The notes beneath the pieces are model-generated. The model did no database searches and was not told the DNA's origin. It saw nothing but the letters and a program-made list of their open reading frames with translations. Shown in pieces: positions 9,085-19,185 of a stretch of DNA of 64,000 nt. Location of the stretch: the NCBI GenBank assembly GCA_965178085.1, contig CBCXTS010000026.1, positions 90,205-154,204 on the forward strand, read 5' to 3'. The DNA comes from Alphaproteobacteria bacterium (GTDB lineage Bacteria > Pseudomonadota > Alphaproteobacteria > CBCXTS01). Position numbers and translations under genes: made by a program. Position 1 is the first letter of the stretch. Every line of letters begins with the position of its first letter.

Positions 9085-10098
9085 ATGTATTTATCTAGAA
9101 CTCCTTTGCGGATCAGTTTTTTTGGTGGCGGCTCGGATTATCGCGAGTATTTCGAGCATATGCCCGGGTGTGTTGTGGGGTCAGCCATTGACAAATATAT
9201 CTATATTACGGGGATGCATTCTGAAAGTTTTGGAGGGGTAAGGTATTGGATTGGCTATTCTGTCAATGAAGCAACCCAAAGCGTTGATGAAATTTCACAT
9301 CCTGCTGTGCGCGAAGTTTTAAAATGGATGAAAATCGATGAAACTTTAAAACCAGGTAAAAGCCTAAGCCTTTCTGTGATATCAAATTTACCTGCAAGGA
9401 CAGGGCTTGGAAGCTCGTCGTCTTTTGCTGTTGGGATCATTAATTTGATGACGGCAATGGATGATATCCCATTAACAGCTTATGATCTAGCCCAGCGTGC
9501 TATCCATCTCGAGCAAGACATCTTAAAAGAAAATGTAGGTATCCAAGATCAATTGCATGCCAGTTTTGGAGGGTTTAATAAGATTAACTTTTCAGGCAAA
9601 GATCATATCTCGATTGAGCCGATCAAACTCTCTACCGATAGTTTGTCACTGCTTAATAATAGTTTATACTTGGTAAGCAGTGACATTGCACGCTTTGCAA
9701 GCAAATCGGTTGATGAGCAGTTAGCAAATACTAGAAATGGCTCGATCACTCACTCAATCGAAGAATTGGTTGCATTAGCCCAAGATTCTGTAGCGGTTTT
9801 TGAATCTAGTAATAATAGCCAAATGCTACAAACATTGATTGAGATGTTGCACGATGGCTGGAAAATTAAACGCACCCTTTCAAGCAAAGTTAGCAATGAT
9901 GTTATTGATAAATTATATGACACAATGCGCTCTGTTGCACCCGTTGGTGGTAAGTTATGTGGTGCTGGGGCTGGAGGTTTTTTATTGATGGTGGTACCAG
10001 AGGAGTATAAAGCTTGCGTTGAAAACAGCATTAGACCGCGCACTCTGTTGCCCATTAAAATTGCCGCGCAAGGCTCAACAATTTTCAAAGGGTTTTAG
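9085..10098 (+). CDS. hddA: GHMP sugar kinase, D-glycero-D-manno-heptose-7-phosphate kinase (HddA)-like
   Basis: PLRISFFGGGSD, P...GLGSSSS, G.QDQ..A.FGG, GGKLCGAGAGGF. Confidence 0.75.
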   Translation: MYLSRTPLRISFFGGGSDYREYFEHMPGCVVGSAIDKYIYITGMHSESFGGVRYWIGYSVNEATQSVDEISHPAVREVLKWMKIDETLKPGKSLSLSVISNLPARTGLGSSSSFAVGIINLMTAMDDIPLTAYDLAQRAIHLEQDILKENVGIQDQLHASFGGFNKINFSGKDHISIEPIKLSTDSLSLLNNSLYLVSSDIARFASKSVDEQLANTRNGSITHSIEELVALAQDSVAVFESSNNSQMLQTLIEMLHDGWKIKRTLSSKVSNDVIDKLYDTMRSVAPVGGKLCGAGAGGFLLMVVPEEYKACVENSIRPRTLLPIKIAAQGSTIFKGF

Positions 10099-10101
10099 TC
10101 G

Positions 10102-11112
10102 TTGGTTAAGCGAGCATTTATAACCGGTATCACCGGGATGGTAGGGTCGCATCTTGTTGATTTTTTAATGGAAAAAACCGACTGGCAGATCATAGGACTT
10201 TGCAGGTGGAGAAGTCCATTAGACAATTTACACAAGCAACTTAAGCATATCAATCAAAAGCATCGCATTGAATTGATTTATGGTGATCTTCGAGATACGC
10301 TTTCAATCCATGCATGTGTTGAACAAGCTAAGCCTGATTATGTGTTTCATCTAGGTGCGCAAAGCTATCCCAAAACTAGCTTTGATGCACCTCTTGATAC
10401 CTATGATACAAACATCCAAGGGACAGAGCGCCTTTTAAGTGCATTGCGTGAGAAAGCACCTTTGGCAAAAATACATGTATGTGCGTCTTCAGAAGTGTTT
10501 GGGCGCGTTGATAAAGAAAATTTACCTATTAATGAAGAATGTACATTTCATCCTGCCTCACCTTATGCGATTTCAAAAGTTGGAACGGATTTGATAGGAC
10601 GATATTACGCTGAAGCTTTTGGGATGTGTGTTATTACAACGCGTATGTTTACCCATACCGGGCCAAGGCGAGGAGATGTATTTGCAGAATCAAGCTTTGC
10701 CAAACAGATAGCGATGATTGAAGCTGGATTGCTTGAACCGGTCTTAAAATGTGGAAACCTCGATAGTTTGCGTACATGGGCAGACGTACGCGATGCGGTG
10801 CGAGCATATTATATAATGTTAACAAACAACCCCATTGCAGGGGCATATTATAATATTGGCGGCAATCATGTATGCACCGTTGGCAAGATGCTCGAATGTT
10901 TGCTTAGCATGTCGCGTGTAAAAGACATTAAAGTTGAAGTCGATCAAGATAGATTACGCCCTATTGATGCAGATTTACAAGTGCCTGATACAAGCAAATT
11001 TACAAATCATACAGGATGGAAACCAGAATTTATATTTGAACAAACCATGGAAGATCTGCTAGAATACTGGCGCAAGCAAATAGCGCGTAAAGCGCCTGTT
11101 GTGCAGCGCTAG
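10102..11112 (+). CDS. GDP-sugar 4,6-dehydratase, DmhA/WcbK (GDP-manno-heptose dehydratase)-like
   Basis: ITGITG.VGSHL, AQSYP.TSF, SSEVFG, SPYAISK, TR.FTHTGPRR.DVF.ES..AKQIA.IEAG; TTG start; adjacent to hddA-like gene. Confidence 0.8.
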   Translation: MVKRAFITGITGMVGSHLVDFLMEKTDWQIIGLCRWRSPLDNLHKQLKHINQKHRIELIYGDLRDTLSIHACVEQAKPDYVFHLGAQSYPKTSFDAPLDTYDTNIQGTERLLSALREKAPLAKIHVCASSEVFGRVDKENLPINEECTFHPASPYAISKVGTDLIGRYYAEAFGMCVITTRMFTHTGPRRGDVFAESSFAKQIAMIEAGLLEPVLKCGNLDSLRTWADVRDAVRAYYIMLTNNPIAGAYYNIGGNHVCTVGKMLECLLSMSRVKDIKVEVDQDRLRPIDADLQVPDTSKFTNHTGWKPEFIFEQTMEDLLEYWRKQIARKAPVVQR

Positions 11113-11288
11113 ATTATTAAAAACGGCTTTAAACCCTAATCCATCTATGAGGCGTTTTAAAGTTAATTAAGATGATGCAATAATGATTGAAAAGCCAATC
11201 GTCAAATGAGGGATATTAATTATTTTGCAAAAGATATAAAATTAGTGTCCAACGTACTACATATCAATGATAAAGGTTATATAAACAT

Positions 11289-11852
11289 ATGAAAACAACA
11301 TTACAGCAGTTAAAGCACGCTATAAAATATTATAGAATAAATTGGTTATATATGATGGCGCTGGCGGCAAGCATATTTGTTAGCTCAGTTTATATCAATA
11401 ATATAGCCCTTGGGCAGCAACTTGCTACCTACCGCGATTGGCATTCAAGTTTATACAATGAAGATAAGGTAAATGGCAAAGCCTGTAATGTTTGGACACA
11501 ACCAACGCGCGAAGAAGGAAAATATACCAGGCGTGGGCATGTATATGCATTTGTAACACATTGGCCTAAATTAGAACGTTGGAATGAGTTTAGTTTGCAA
11601 ATGGGTTATCCCGTCAAAGAGGGTGCTACGGTAAAAGCAAAAATTGGAAACAAAACATTTTCGTTATTGTCTGCCGGGCAAAATGTATATGCAAAAGATA
11701 CAGATAATAAGCGCATATTGCAGGCATTAAAAAAAGGGACCAAGATGATTGTTGAAGGAGTATCATCAAGGGGAACAAAAACAAAAGATACTTATTCTCT
11801 GTTAGGTCTTACAAAAGCTTTGGCGCGTATCAATAAAGAATGTAATCGTTAA
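11289..11852 (+). CDS. Invasion-associated locus B (IalB)-like exported protein
   Basis: N-terminal signal/TM, Y.DW, conserved Cys pair, C-terminal G.S.RGT.T.DTYSL.G...A...I...C. Confidence 0.75.
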   Translation: MKTTLQQLKHAIKYYRINWLYMMALAASIFVSSVYINNIALGQQLATYRDWHSSLYNEDKVNGKACNVWTQPTREEGKYTRRGHVYAFVTHWPKLERWNEFSLQMGYPVKEGATVKAKIGNKTFSLLSAGQNVYAKDTDNKRILQALKKGTKMIVEGVSSRGTKTKDTYSLLGLTKALARINKECNR

Positions 11853-11871
11853 AAAGATTTAGGAGATCGTC

Positions 11872-13299
11872 ATGTCAGATAATATTGCAGAATCTTTTGA
11901 TATTGGAATTATAGGAGCAGGCCCTGCCGGTTATGTTGCTGCAATTCGAGCAGCTCAGTTAAACCTTAAAGTTGCGATTTTTGAAAAACGCGATACCTTT
12001 GGTGGCACATGCTTGAATGTAGGTTGTATACCTTCAAAAGCGCTGTTGAATGTCTCACATCATTATGTGATGGCTCGGGATCATTTTGCTAATTATGGTA
12101 TTAACGTTGATCCAAAATTAGATTTACAACAAATGATGCGCAATAAACAAAAAACAGTGACGGATCTTACCAAAGGGGTTGAGTTTTTATTAAAAAAAAA
12201 TAAAGTCACAAACTTTCAAGGAACAGCAACGATTGGTAAGGATCGTTTTGTAAAAGTGCAATTGGCAGATGGTAGTACAAAGGATATTATGTGCCAAAAT
12301 ATTATTGTTGCCACAGGATCAGAACCTGCACCTCTTGGCGATATTGCATTTGACGAAAAGGACGTATTATCATCAACGGGCGCATTAGAGCTAGATAGCG
12401 TACCCAAGCATTTGGTAGTTGTAGGGGCAGGTGTTATAGGACTTGAGCTGGGTTCAGTTTGGGCGCGTCTTGGTGCAGAGGTAAGCGTTGTTGAGTTTTT
12501 ACCTAGAATTGTGCCAACACTTGATGGCGAAGTTGCCAAAAATTTACAACGTATATTATCACGTCAAGGCTTGAAGTTTATGCTTTCTAGTAAATTAGAA
12601 TCTATCCAACGCAATAAACAAGGTATGACTGCGGTTGTTGCTCAAACAGCCACAGGAAAAAATGAAGGAAAAATAACTGAAATTGAATGCGATAAAGTTT
12701 TAATAGCAACCGGCAGAAGACCAACTACGCATAGTTTAGGACTTGAACAATTAGGCGTTGTGATAGATCAACATGGCTTTATCCAAACCGATGAAAACTT
12801 TAGAACAAATGTTGAGTATATTTATGCGATCGGGGATTGCCGCCCAGGTCCAATGCTTGCCCATAAAGGAGAAGAAGAAGGCGTTAGCGCCATTGAGCAT
12901 ATTGCAGGCTTGAGCGGGCATGTCAATTATGACACTATTCCTGGTGTTATTTATACTGATCCTGAGGTTGCAAATGTGGGCATGCATGAAGAACAACTTA
13001 AAGAGAAAAACATTGCATATAAAATTGGTAAATTTCCTTTTGTAGCTAATAGTAGGGCGCGTACTAATGATACAACGCAAGGTTTTATCAAATTGTTAAG
13101 CGATGCCAATGATGATCGAATTTTAGGAGCGCATATTATAGGGCCAAATGCAGGAGAACTGATTCATGAGTTTGTTGCAGTGATGGAGTTTGGTGGCTCT
13201 AGTGAGGATATAGCTCGAATGTGTCATGCACATCCAACATTAAGTGAAGCTTTGAAAGAGTCTGCTTTGGCAGTAGATGAGCGCACAATACATGCTTAA
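11872..13299 (+). CDS. lpdA: Dihydrolipoyl dehydrogenase (E3)
   Basis: GAGPAGY, GGTCLNVGCIPSKAL, GAGVIGLE, HAHPTLSE. Confidence 0.96.
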   Translation: MSDNIAESFDIGIIGAGPAGYVAAIRAAQLNLKVAIFEKRDTFGGTCLNVGCIPSKALLNVSHHYVMARDHFANYGINVDPKLDLQQMMRNKQKTVTDLTKGVEFLLKKNKVTNFQGTATIGKDRFVKVQLADGSTKDIMCQNIIVATGSEPAPLGDIAFDEKDVLSSTGALELDSVPKHLVVVGAGVIGLELGSVWARLGAEVSVVEFLPRIVPTLDGEVAKNLQRILSRQGLKFMLSSKLESIQRNKQGMTAVVAQTATGKNEGKITEIECDKVLIATGRRPTTHSLGLEQLGVVIDQHGFIQTDENFRTNVEYIYAIGDCRPGPMLAHKGEEEGVSAIEHIAGLSGHVNYDTIPGVIYTDPEVANVGMHEEQLKEKNIAYKIGKFPFVANSRARTNDTTQGFIKLLSDANDDRILGAHIIGPNAGELIHEFVAVMEFGGSSEDIARMCHAHPTLSEALKESALAVDERTIHA

Positions 13300-13372
13300 G
13301 CATACTTTATTTGGGATCTATATTGTGGGTTATAGGTTTAGTCAATCACAAGCCATGCAGTAAGGATAGATA

Positions 13373-14533
13373 ATGCGTTATCCGAAACCATTTTTGATAA
13401 GGATGTTTTTAATTCTTGCGTGTTTGTTGGGTGGTGCAAGCATATTAATTGATCCTTTATTTGTTTTTTTTAAAACAAATATCATTGTCAATAGCGTGAT
13501 ACTTGGCGTGTTTATGATAGGTATGATCCATGCCTTTCGCGTAGCGTTGAACCTACTCCAAGAAGTGCGTTGGATGGATAGAATGCAAGCCACGTTGCAA
13601 GCCCATACATTAGATGCAAAACCGCTGTTTGATGATGTTGGTTTGCCAACGAGACTATGTGCACCAATTGCTGCAATGTTAGGCCAGAAACTTGAAAAAG
13701 GACATGATACTCGACTGCCTGCAAATGTTATTCGTACGTTTTTAGATGGCGTTGAATCACGCGTTGAGGAAACCCGTGAAACAGGTCGATATCTAGTTGG
13801 TTTGCTAGTTTTTTTGGGATTGCTGGGTACATTTTGGGGCTTGCTTGATACATTGCAAAGTGTAGGGCAACTGATTGGGGCAATGCATTTAGGAGATCAA
13901 AATTTATCTCAAACTTTAACAACACTTAAAAATGGAATGCAAGGCCCAATTGATGGTATGGGAGTGGCATTTGCAACATCATTATTTGGGTTAGCGTGTT
14001 CGTTGGTTTTAGGTTTTTTTGAAATGCATGCCGGGCAAGCTCTCAACCGTTTTACAAATCAATTGGAAGAATGGCTTTCTACGATTGCGTATATTGGTTT
14101 GATTGACAGCCAAAGTCATGGAGCTGGACAGGGTGCTTATGTAGAGTCTCTATTAGAGCAGATGCTTGAAAACATCTCCTCAATCAATAGAACATCACCC
14201 AAGCATACTAAAGAGCAAGTTGGACCATCAGAGCTTGTATCGCAATTTAATAAACTTGTTGAATTGCAACGCGATACCAATGCACATTGCGAGCATATGG
14301 GTCAAGCATTACAATCTGTTGCACAATCATTAGAGGCTGGATCTAAGCCACGTAGCGAAGCTGCATTGCGCAATACATTAGATAAGCTTGAGCGTTCATT
14401 TACGCAATTAAATGACACAATGGCCAATAAGCAAGTCAGCAAGCAAGATAGTGAAGAACTGCGAAATGAATTACGCGTTTTAAGCAAAACGATTTCGCGT
14501 GCAGCGCTTATATCGAATCACAAAACTAGCTAA
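13373..14533 (+). CDS. MotA/TolQ/ExbB proton-channel family protein with C-terminal helical tail
   Basis: LGLLGTFWGL and GMGVAFATSLFGL transmembrane motifs. Confidence 0.8.
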   Translation: MRYPKPFLIRMFLILACLLGGASILIDPLFVFFKTNIIVNSVILGVFMIGMIHAFRVALNLLQEVRWMDRMQATLQAHTLDAKPLFDDVGLPTRLCAPIAAMLGQKLEKGHDTRLPANVIRTFLDGVESRVEETRETGRYLVGLLVFLGLLGTFWGLLDTLQSVGQLIGAMHLGDQNLSQTLTTLKNGMQGPIDGMGVAFATSLFGLACSLVLGFFEMHAGQALNRFTNQLEEWLSTIAYIGLIDSQSHGAGQGAYVESLLEQMLENISSINRTSPKHTKEQVGPSELVSQFNKLVELQRDTNAHCEHMGQALQSVAQSLEAGSKPRSEAALRNTLDKLERSFTQLNDTMANKQVSKQDSEELRNELRVLSKTISRAALISNHKTS

Positions 14534-14602
14534 GATAGGAAAAACTTTGACGTTTCTTGATAGCCATTGCAAGCACAAAGCATTAGATGGTTGAGGGTAT
14601 CA

Positions 14603-15814
14603 ATGGCTCGTTCAAGAAATAAGCAAAGCTTTTTTAATATATGGCCAGCTTTTGTTGATGTGCTTGCTAGTGTTTTGATGATCTTGATTTTTTTGGTGAT
14701 GATTTTTGTCATATCACAGATTTATCTTGATGGTGCTTTACAAGCTCGAGATCGCGCGCTTGTTTTACTAGAAAATCAACTGCAAGAAATTGGCGATGAA
14801 TTGGGTCTGATCAAGACTAAAAACGCTAATTTAAACCAGAAATTGCAAAATATTGTAGCCTTAAATGCCACGCTTAACGACAAGCAGCTAACGCTAGAAG
14901 AACAGCTTGCACAGGCACTGCTTAAAGAGCAATCCTTGATAGAGCAAAGTAAGGTGCAAGGCAAAGAGCTATCAAAGTTACGCTTAGATTATGTGCAAAA
15001 GCAAAAAGATCTGCACGTAGGTAAAGAAAAAATAAAATTGCAGATAGAGCAAATTGTTTTGTTAAATCAGCAAATAGAAAATTTAATGGCGCTAAAGATA
15101 AAGCTTGAATCTACTATAGCAAGCAACGATACCATCATGTCTGAGTTTCGTGATATGAATGCACAACAACGTGATAAGCTTATTCAAGCACATGCTGCCA
15201 ATCAATCATTACAACATAATATCGAGCAAATGCGTGCGCAGATTTTGCAATTAACGCATTTATTGGATGCTTCTGAGCAAAAAGATCTTGAGCAAGAAGT
15301 ACAAATTCATAAACTAGGTGAAAGATTAAACACGGCGTTGGCTAGAAAAGTGCATGAACTTGATCAATATCGCTCGGAGTTTTTTGGAAAAATACGAGAA
15401 TTACTTAAAGGAGAGCCTTTGGTTGAGATTAAAGGTGATCGTTTTATTTTTCAATCAGAAGTGTTGTTTGATGAAGGCTCGGACAATTTAGGCAATAAAG
15501 GCGTGCGTGAGCTAGCAAAGATTGCGGTATTGTTGTTAAAACTTAGCAGCACTATTCCAAATGAAATTAACTGGATTTTGCGCATTGATGGACATACAGA
15601 TAAAAGGCCTATATTTACAAATAAATTTCCATCTAATTGGGAATTATCCTCAGCGCGGGCAACATCTGTTGCGCGCTACTTGATTACAAAAGGAGTTCCA
15701 GCAAACAGAATTGCTATTGCAGGTTTTGGAGAGCATCAACCTCTTGATATTGGCGATAGTGAGTTTGCTTATACGCGTAATAGAAGAATAGAAATTAAGT
15801 TGACACAAAAATAG
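14603..15814 (+). CDS. MotB/OmpA-family peptidoglycan-binding protein with long coiled coil
   Basis: N-terminal TM WPAFVD, coiled coil, OmpA domain GHTD..SNWELSSARA..NRRIEI; start at ATG 14603. Confidence 0.82.
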   Translation: MARSRNKQSFFNIWPAFVDVLASVLMILIFLVMIFVISQIYLDGALQARDRALVLLENQLQEIGDELGLIKTKNANLNQKLQNIVALNATLNDKQLTLEEQLAQALLKEQSLIEQSKVQGKELSKLRLDYVQKQKDLHVGKEKIKLQIEQIVLLNQQIENLMALKIKLESTIASNDTIMSEFRDMNAQQRDKLIQAHAANQSLQHNIEQMRAQILQLTHLLDASEQKDLEQEVQIHKLGERLNTALARKVHELDQYRSEFFGKIRELLKGEPLVEIKGDRFIFQSEVLFDEGSDNLGNKGVRELAKIAVLLLKLSSTIPNEINWILRIDGHTDKRPIFTNKFPSNWELSSARATSVARYLITKGVPANRIAIAGFGEHQPLDIGDSEFAYTRNRRIEIKLTQK

Positions 15815-16062
15815 TAATCAGCATTATATGTTTTTTTATCTATTTACATTAATAAATTTGGTGACTATATATTGAGAATCAATATATTAAAATTGATTGA
15901 CTTTTATGTTGCAGATGTATCTAGACATTAAAATAAGTATATTTTGAGTAAAACATACATGCTTTAATGGTTTTTTACAAAAGTATATTGCAAGATTTTA
16001 GTATAATGGAATAATTTTGATTGCGCACTCAACAACATCGAAGCTTTATATTTTAAGATATC

Positions 16063-16341
16063 ATGCAGATTGAGCATCCAAATATATTTGGTATACATCG
16101 TGAGCTTACTTGGCTCAATGGGACGTGGTCACATGTGTTGATTATATTTACCGATCTATCGGTTGATGTAAATTCAAAAGATTATGATTCTAATCTGTTA
16201 GATCAAATGCTTCAGCATGTTACCAATAATGAGGCCCAAAAACAGACAGGATTTCATGGTGTTACAGTGCGCAACATTAATGAGATGCGCTCGATGCTGG
16301 AGTTATATGAATCATCCACGAAAAGAAAGCAAACCGCTTGA
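16063..16341 (+). CDS. Hypothetical protein (92 aa)
   Basis: Clean, non-overlapping ATG-started ORF in an AT-rich gap; no motif recognised. Confidence 0.55.
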   Translation: MQIEHPNIFGIHRELTWLNGTWSHVLIIFTDLSVDVNSKDYDSNLLDQMLQHVTNNEAQKQTGFHGVTVRNINEMRSMLELYESSTKRKQTA

Positions 16342-16503
16342 TAGAGACTGTCCTTTAAAAGAGGCTCTACAATAGTTGCCTTCATTGGCGTAGCTTTTAT
16401 TTATAATATCTAAGTTTACATTGGTACTATTTGACCTTTATGTGCAAAGCATGACCTTGCATTGATAAATGGTTTGAGCTTTAGCCAATGCTTTAGAATA
16501 TTA

Positions 16504-18054
16504 TCATTGTAAGCGTTTGATGATTTGATTAATAGGGGTCTTCCAATCATTGATTGTAGGGGAGTAGTAGCGATGAATGGTTGGGTACCATTGGTCGTCT
16601 TTCCAGCGCCAATCATAGGTAAATGGTAAAATCACATGACATTCAAGGCCCATAGCCCCTGCTAAATGAGCAAGTGCGCTATCGTTGCAAATAATTGTAT
16701 CAAGCGATGTCATGATTCCAGCAGTTTGGAGGAAATCACTCAAGCCGTTTTTGAGGATAGTGAGATGATTTATTTTAGGATAAGTGGCTTTTGTGTGTAT
16801 AAATTTTTGTAAACTGATCCATTGTACATCGTCTAAATGATTGAATAATTCAAGTTCGGTTGCAGGAATTTGTGATGCTTTTGTCCTACCGGTCCATGAA
16901 ATGCCTATTAATCTTTTGTGAGGAGGTTTTTGAATTTTTGCACCCCAGTGCTGGGAGTGTTTTTTGTCAATTGATATCCACGGTTTTGTTGGAAAAGAAT
17001 ATGCCAGATTAGATGGTTTGATAGGTAGAATCTGATGCTTGTATAAAATCGATGGTATAGATAAGAGCGGTAAAAAATATGAAGCAGTGCCACTAATAGC
17101 ATCTGATGGGTTTTGCTGGTCTTGCAAAACAAAATACTCATAAGGTGCAAGCAAAGTGTTTTCTGTTAGCAAAGATTGTAAGGAAAGTTGGGTTTCAATG
17201 TAGATTTTTGCATGTATATTCAGATGATGTAAAAGTTGCTGCAACAAGGGTAAAAATCGCAGGAAATGCATTAAATCTCCTAATCCTTGTTCGGCCATAA
17301 TAATCAGCCCGCCTTCAAATTGATGATTGCCATCCCAGCATTTAAGTGTGCTATTCCAATGTTTGTATTTTTGTTGCAGAGGCTCTATTTGTAATCTGGA
17401 TTCATATAATTGCCAAGCATGGTTAAAGTCTTGAGTATGTAATGCAATCATGGCTTTGCAAAAATGCAGCGTAGCCACATCTGGAAATTTTTGAATAGCT
17501 TTATCGCATTCTATATTGGCTTGGTCTAAATTTTTAGAAGCCATTTGAAGTTCAATAATATTTAAGCTTGGCACATAGGATTCATGATCGTTGATATAAG
17601 CTTGTTGATAAGAATACATAGCTTGTGCAAAGTCACCCCGAGCGCGTTGCAGTGTGCCCAACAAATTCCAACTGTTTGAGTCCATAGGGTTTGCATTAGT
17701 TTGCTTGATAAGTGCTTTTTCAGCCATTTTTACATCGCCAGCATTGGTGAGTTTATGTGCCAATGCGTTCAATATACCAGGATAAGATGGATTGCGCTCA
17801 TAGAGTTGTTTTAGAATGTTTGCAGCGTCTTTAGGTTTATTGCAATCATCTAATAAATACGCTAAGCACCAAGCGCTTTCATGTGCATCTGGGTTTAATT
17901 CTAAAGCATGCAATAGCGCGTGAGCAGCTTGTGGAGCATCCTGTTGTTTTTGGTGCAGCAATCCTTTGTAATGCCACAAATGATGATCTTTAGGCGTTTT
18001 TAGTATAGCGGCCTCAATTTGCTCGAGAGAGTATGATTTGGAGTTGTTTGACAT
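16504..18054 (-). CDS. TPR-repeat protein with glycosyltransferase family 9-like C-terminal domain
   Basis: N-terminal TPRs; W..YESR, EQGLGD..HF.RF, DSALAHLAGAMG, DWRW. Confidence 0.82.
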   Translation of the reverse strand: MSNNSKSYSLEQIEAAILKTPKDHHLWHYKGLLHQKQQDAPQAAHALLHALELNPDAHESAWCLAYLLDDCNKPKDAANILKQLYERNPSYPGILNALAHKLTNAGDVKMAEKALIKQTNANPMDSNSWNLLGTLQRARGDFAQAMYSYQQAYINDHESYVPSLNIIELQMASKNLDQANIECDKAIQKFPDVATLHFCKAMIALHTQDFNHAWQLYESRLQIEPLQQKYKHWNSTLKCWDGNHQFEGGLIIMAEQGLGDLMHFLRFLPLLQQLLHHLNIHAKIYIETQLSLQSLLTENTLLAPYEYFVLQDQQNPSDAISGTASYFLPLLSIPSILYKHQILPIKPSNLAYSFPTKPWISIDKKHSQHWGAKIQKPPHKRLIGISWTGRTKASQIPATELELFNHLDDVQWISLQKFIHTKATYPKINHLTILKNGLSDFLQTAGIMTSLDTIICNDSALAHLAGAMGLECHVILPFTYDWRWKDDQWYPTIHRYYSPTINDWKTPINQIIKRLQ

Positions 18055-18230
18055 TGAAATTACAGATAATATTTAAAGTATTTTAATGGTATTATGGACA
18101 ACTTAATGCTAACAAGAGCGGAGTTTTATTGTATCATTAGAAAGATACATTTCATAATTATTTTAGCGATATGATAATAGGCCTACCTTATTATAAAACA
18201 TCGCTTTGGAATATTTAATAAAGATATAAA

Positions 18231-19025
18231 ATGCAATCATTTGATATTATAGGCGCCAGTATTAATGTTTATCCTGTTCCAGATGTGGGTGCAATCCGTA
18301 GTAACGAATTACTATTTGGAGAGCGAGTTTCTATAGTAGATAGCTGTGAGCGCAATGGTAATAAATATTTTGAGATACACTCTTTGCATGATCATTATCA
18401 AGGATTTGTTGAGCAAGAAGGACTGCAACCATCGCCAGATCCAGATAAGCAGTTTGCATGGCGTATTAATGTGCAACGCAGTCCAGTATTTTTAAAAGCT
18501 GATATCAAGTCACAAGTTGTTGGCGCATTAGGTTTTGGTGCTTGCCTTTATGATGGCGTTATAGAAAATGATATGATGCATTGCTTGCTTGGATGGGTTC
18601 CAGTTTGTCATCTTAGATCATGTAAGCAGTTTTACAATAGCTTGGGTGAGGCTGCGTTGAATATGCTCCACAGCCCTTATCTATGGGGAGGAAGATCGCA
18701 TCATGGTTTAGACTGCTCAGGATTAGTCCAACATGCAATGGCTGCATGCGGTATGGCTGCATCGCGCGATAGTACAATGCAACAAGAAGAGATTGGCGAT
18801 GAAGTGCTTTTTAGTCATGTTGTTGATTTATGCGATGATGATTTGCTTTTTTGGCCTGGTCATGTTGGTCTTGTATGCAATCAGCAATTGCTACATGCTA
18901 ATGCATATTCGATGAAAACTTCGTTTGAAACTTTAGACAAAAGCATTGAACGGATAGGTAAAACATGCAACAGCCTTGTGCCTAGGATACGCAGAATTAA
19001 ATGGTCTAATATAAACCAGCAGTAA
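18231..19025 (+). CDS. NlpC/P60 family cell-wall peptidase with N-terminal SH3-like region
   Basis: ELLFGE, PYLWGG, GLDCSGLVQ, GHVG, HANA. Confidence 0.88.
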   Translation: MQSFDIIGASINVYPVPDVGAIRSNELLFGERVSIVDSCERNGNKYFEIHSLHDHYQGFVEQEGLQPSPDPDKQFAWRINVQRSPVFLKADIKSQVVGALGFGACLYDGVIENDMMHCLLGWVPVCHLRSCKQFYNSLGEAALNMLHSPYLWGGRSHHGLDCSGLVQHAMAACGMAASRDSTMQQEEIGDEVLFSHVVDLCDDDLLFWPGHVGLVCNQQLLHANAYSMKTSFETLDKSIERIGKTCNSLVPRIRRIKWSNINQQ

Positions 19026-19185
19026 AAATGAATTAAAAGGATGTCCTTAACTTAAAGTAATGGCCCGATTTTTGATTGTCAGATATCAACGAATTGATCA
19101 TTGGCTTAAAAGTTTACCATTATCAATATATTATTGATCTAGTATTAAAGGGTTTTAACCCAGAAATAATTGTAAAAACCCTATA

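Noticed and set aside
13373-15814. Zorya (ZorAB) defence system
   Set aside because: No zorC/D/E-like effector adjacent, short MotA tail, long coiled coil on the MotB partner, and housekeeping context.
19145-19158. CtrA box upstream of the carboxypeptidase gene
   Set aside because: Spacing is TTAA-N6-TTAA, not N7, and TTAA is very frequent in this AT-rich DNA.
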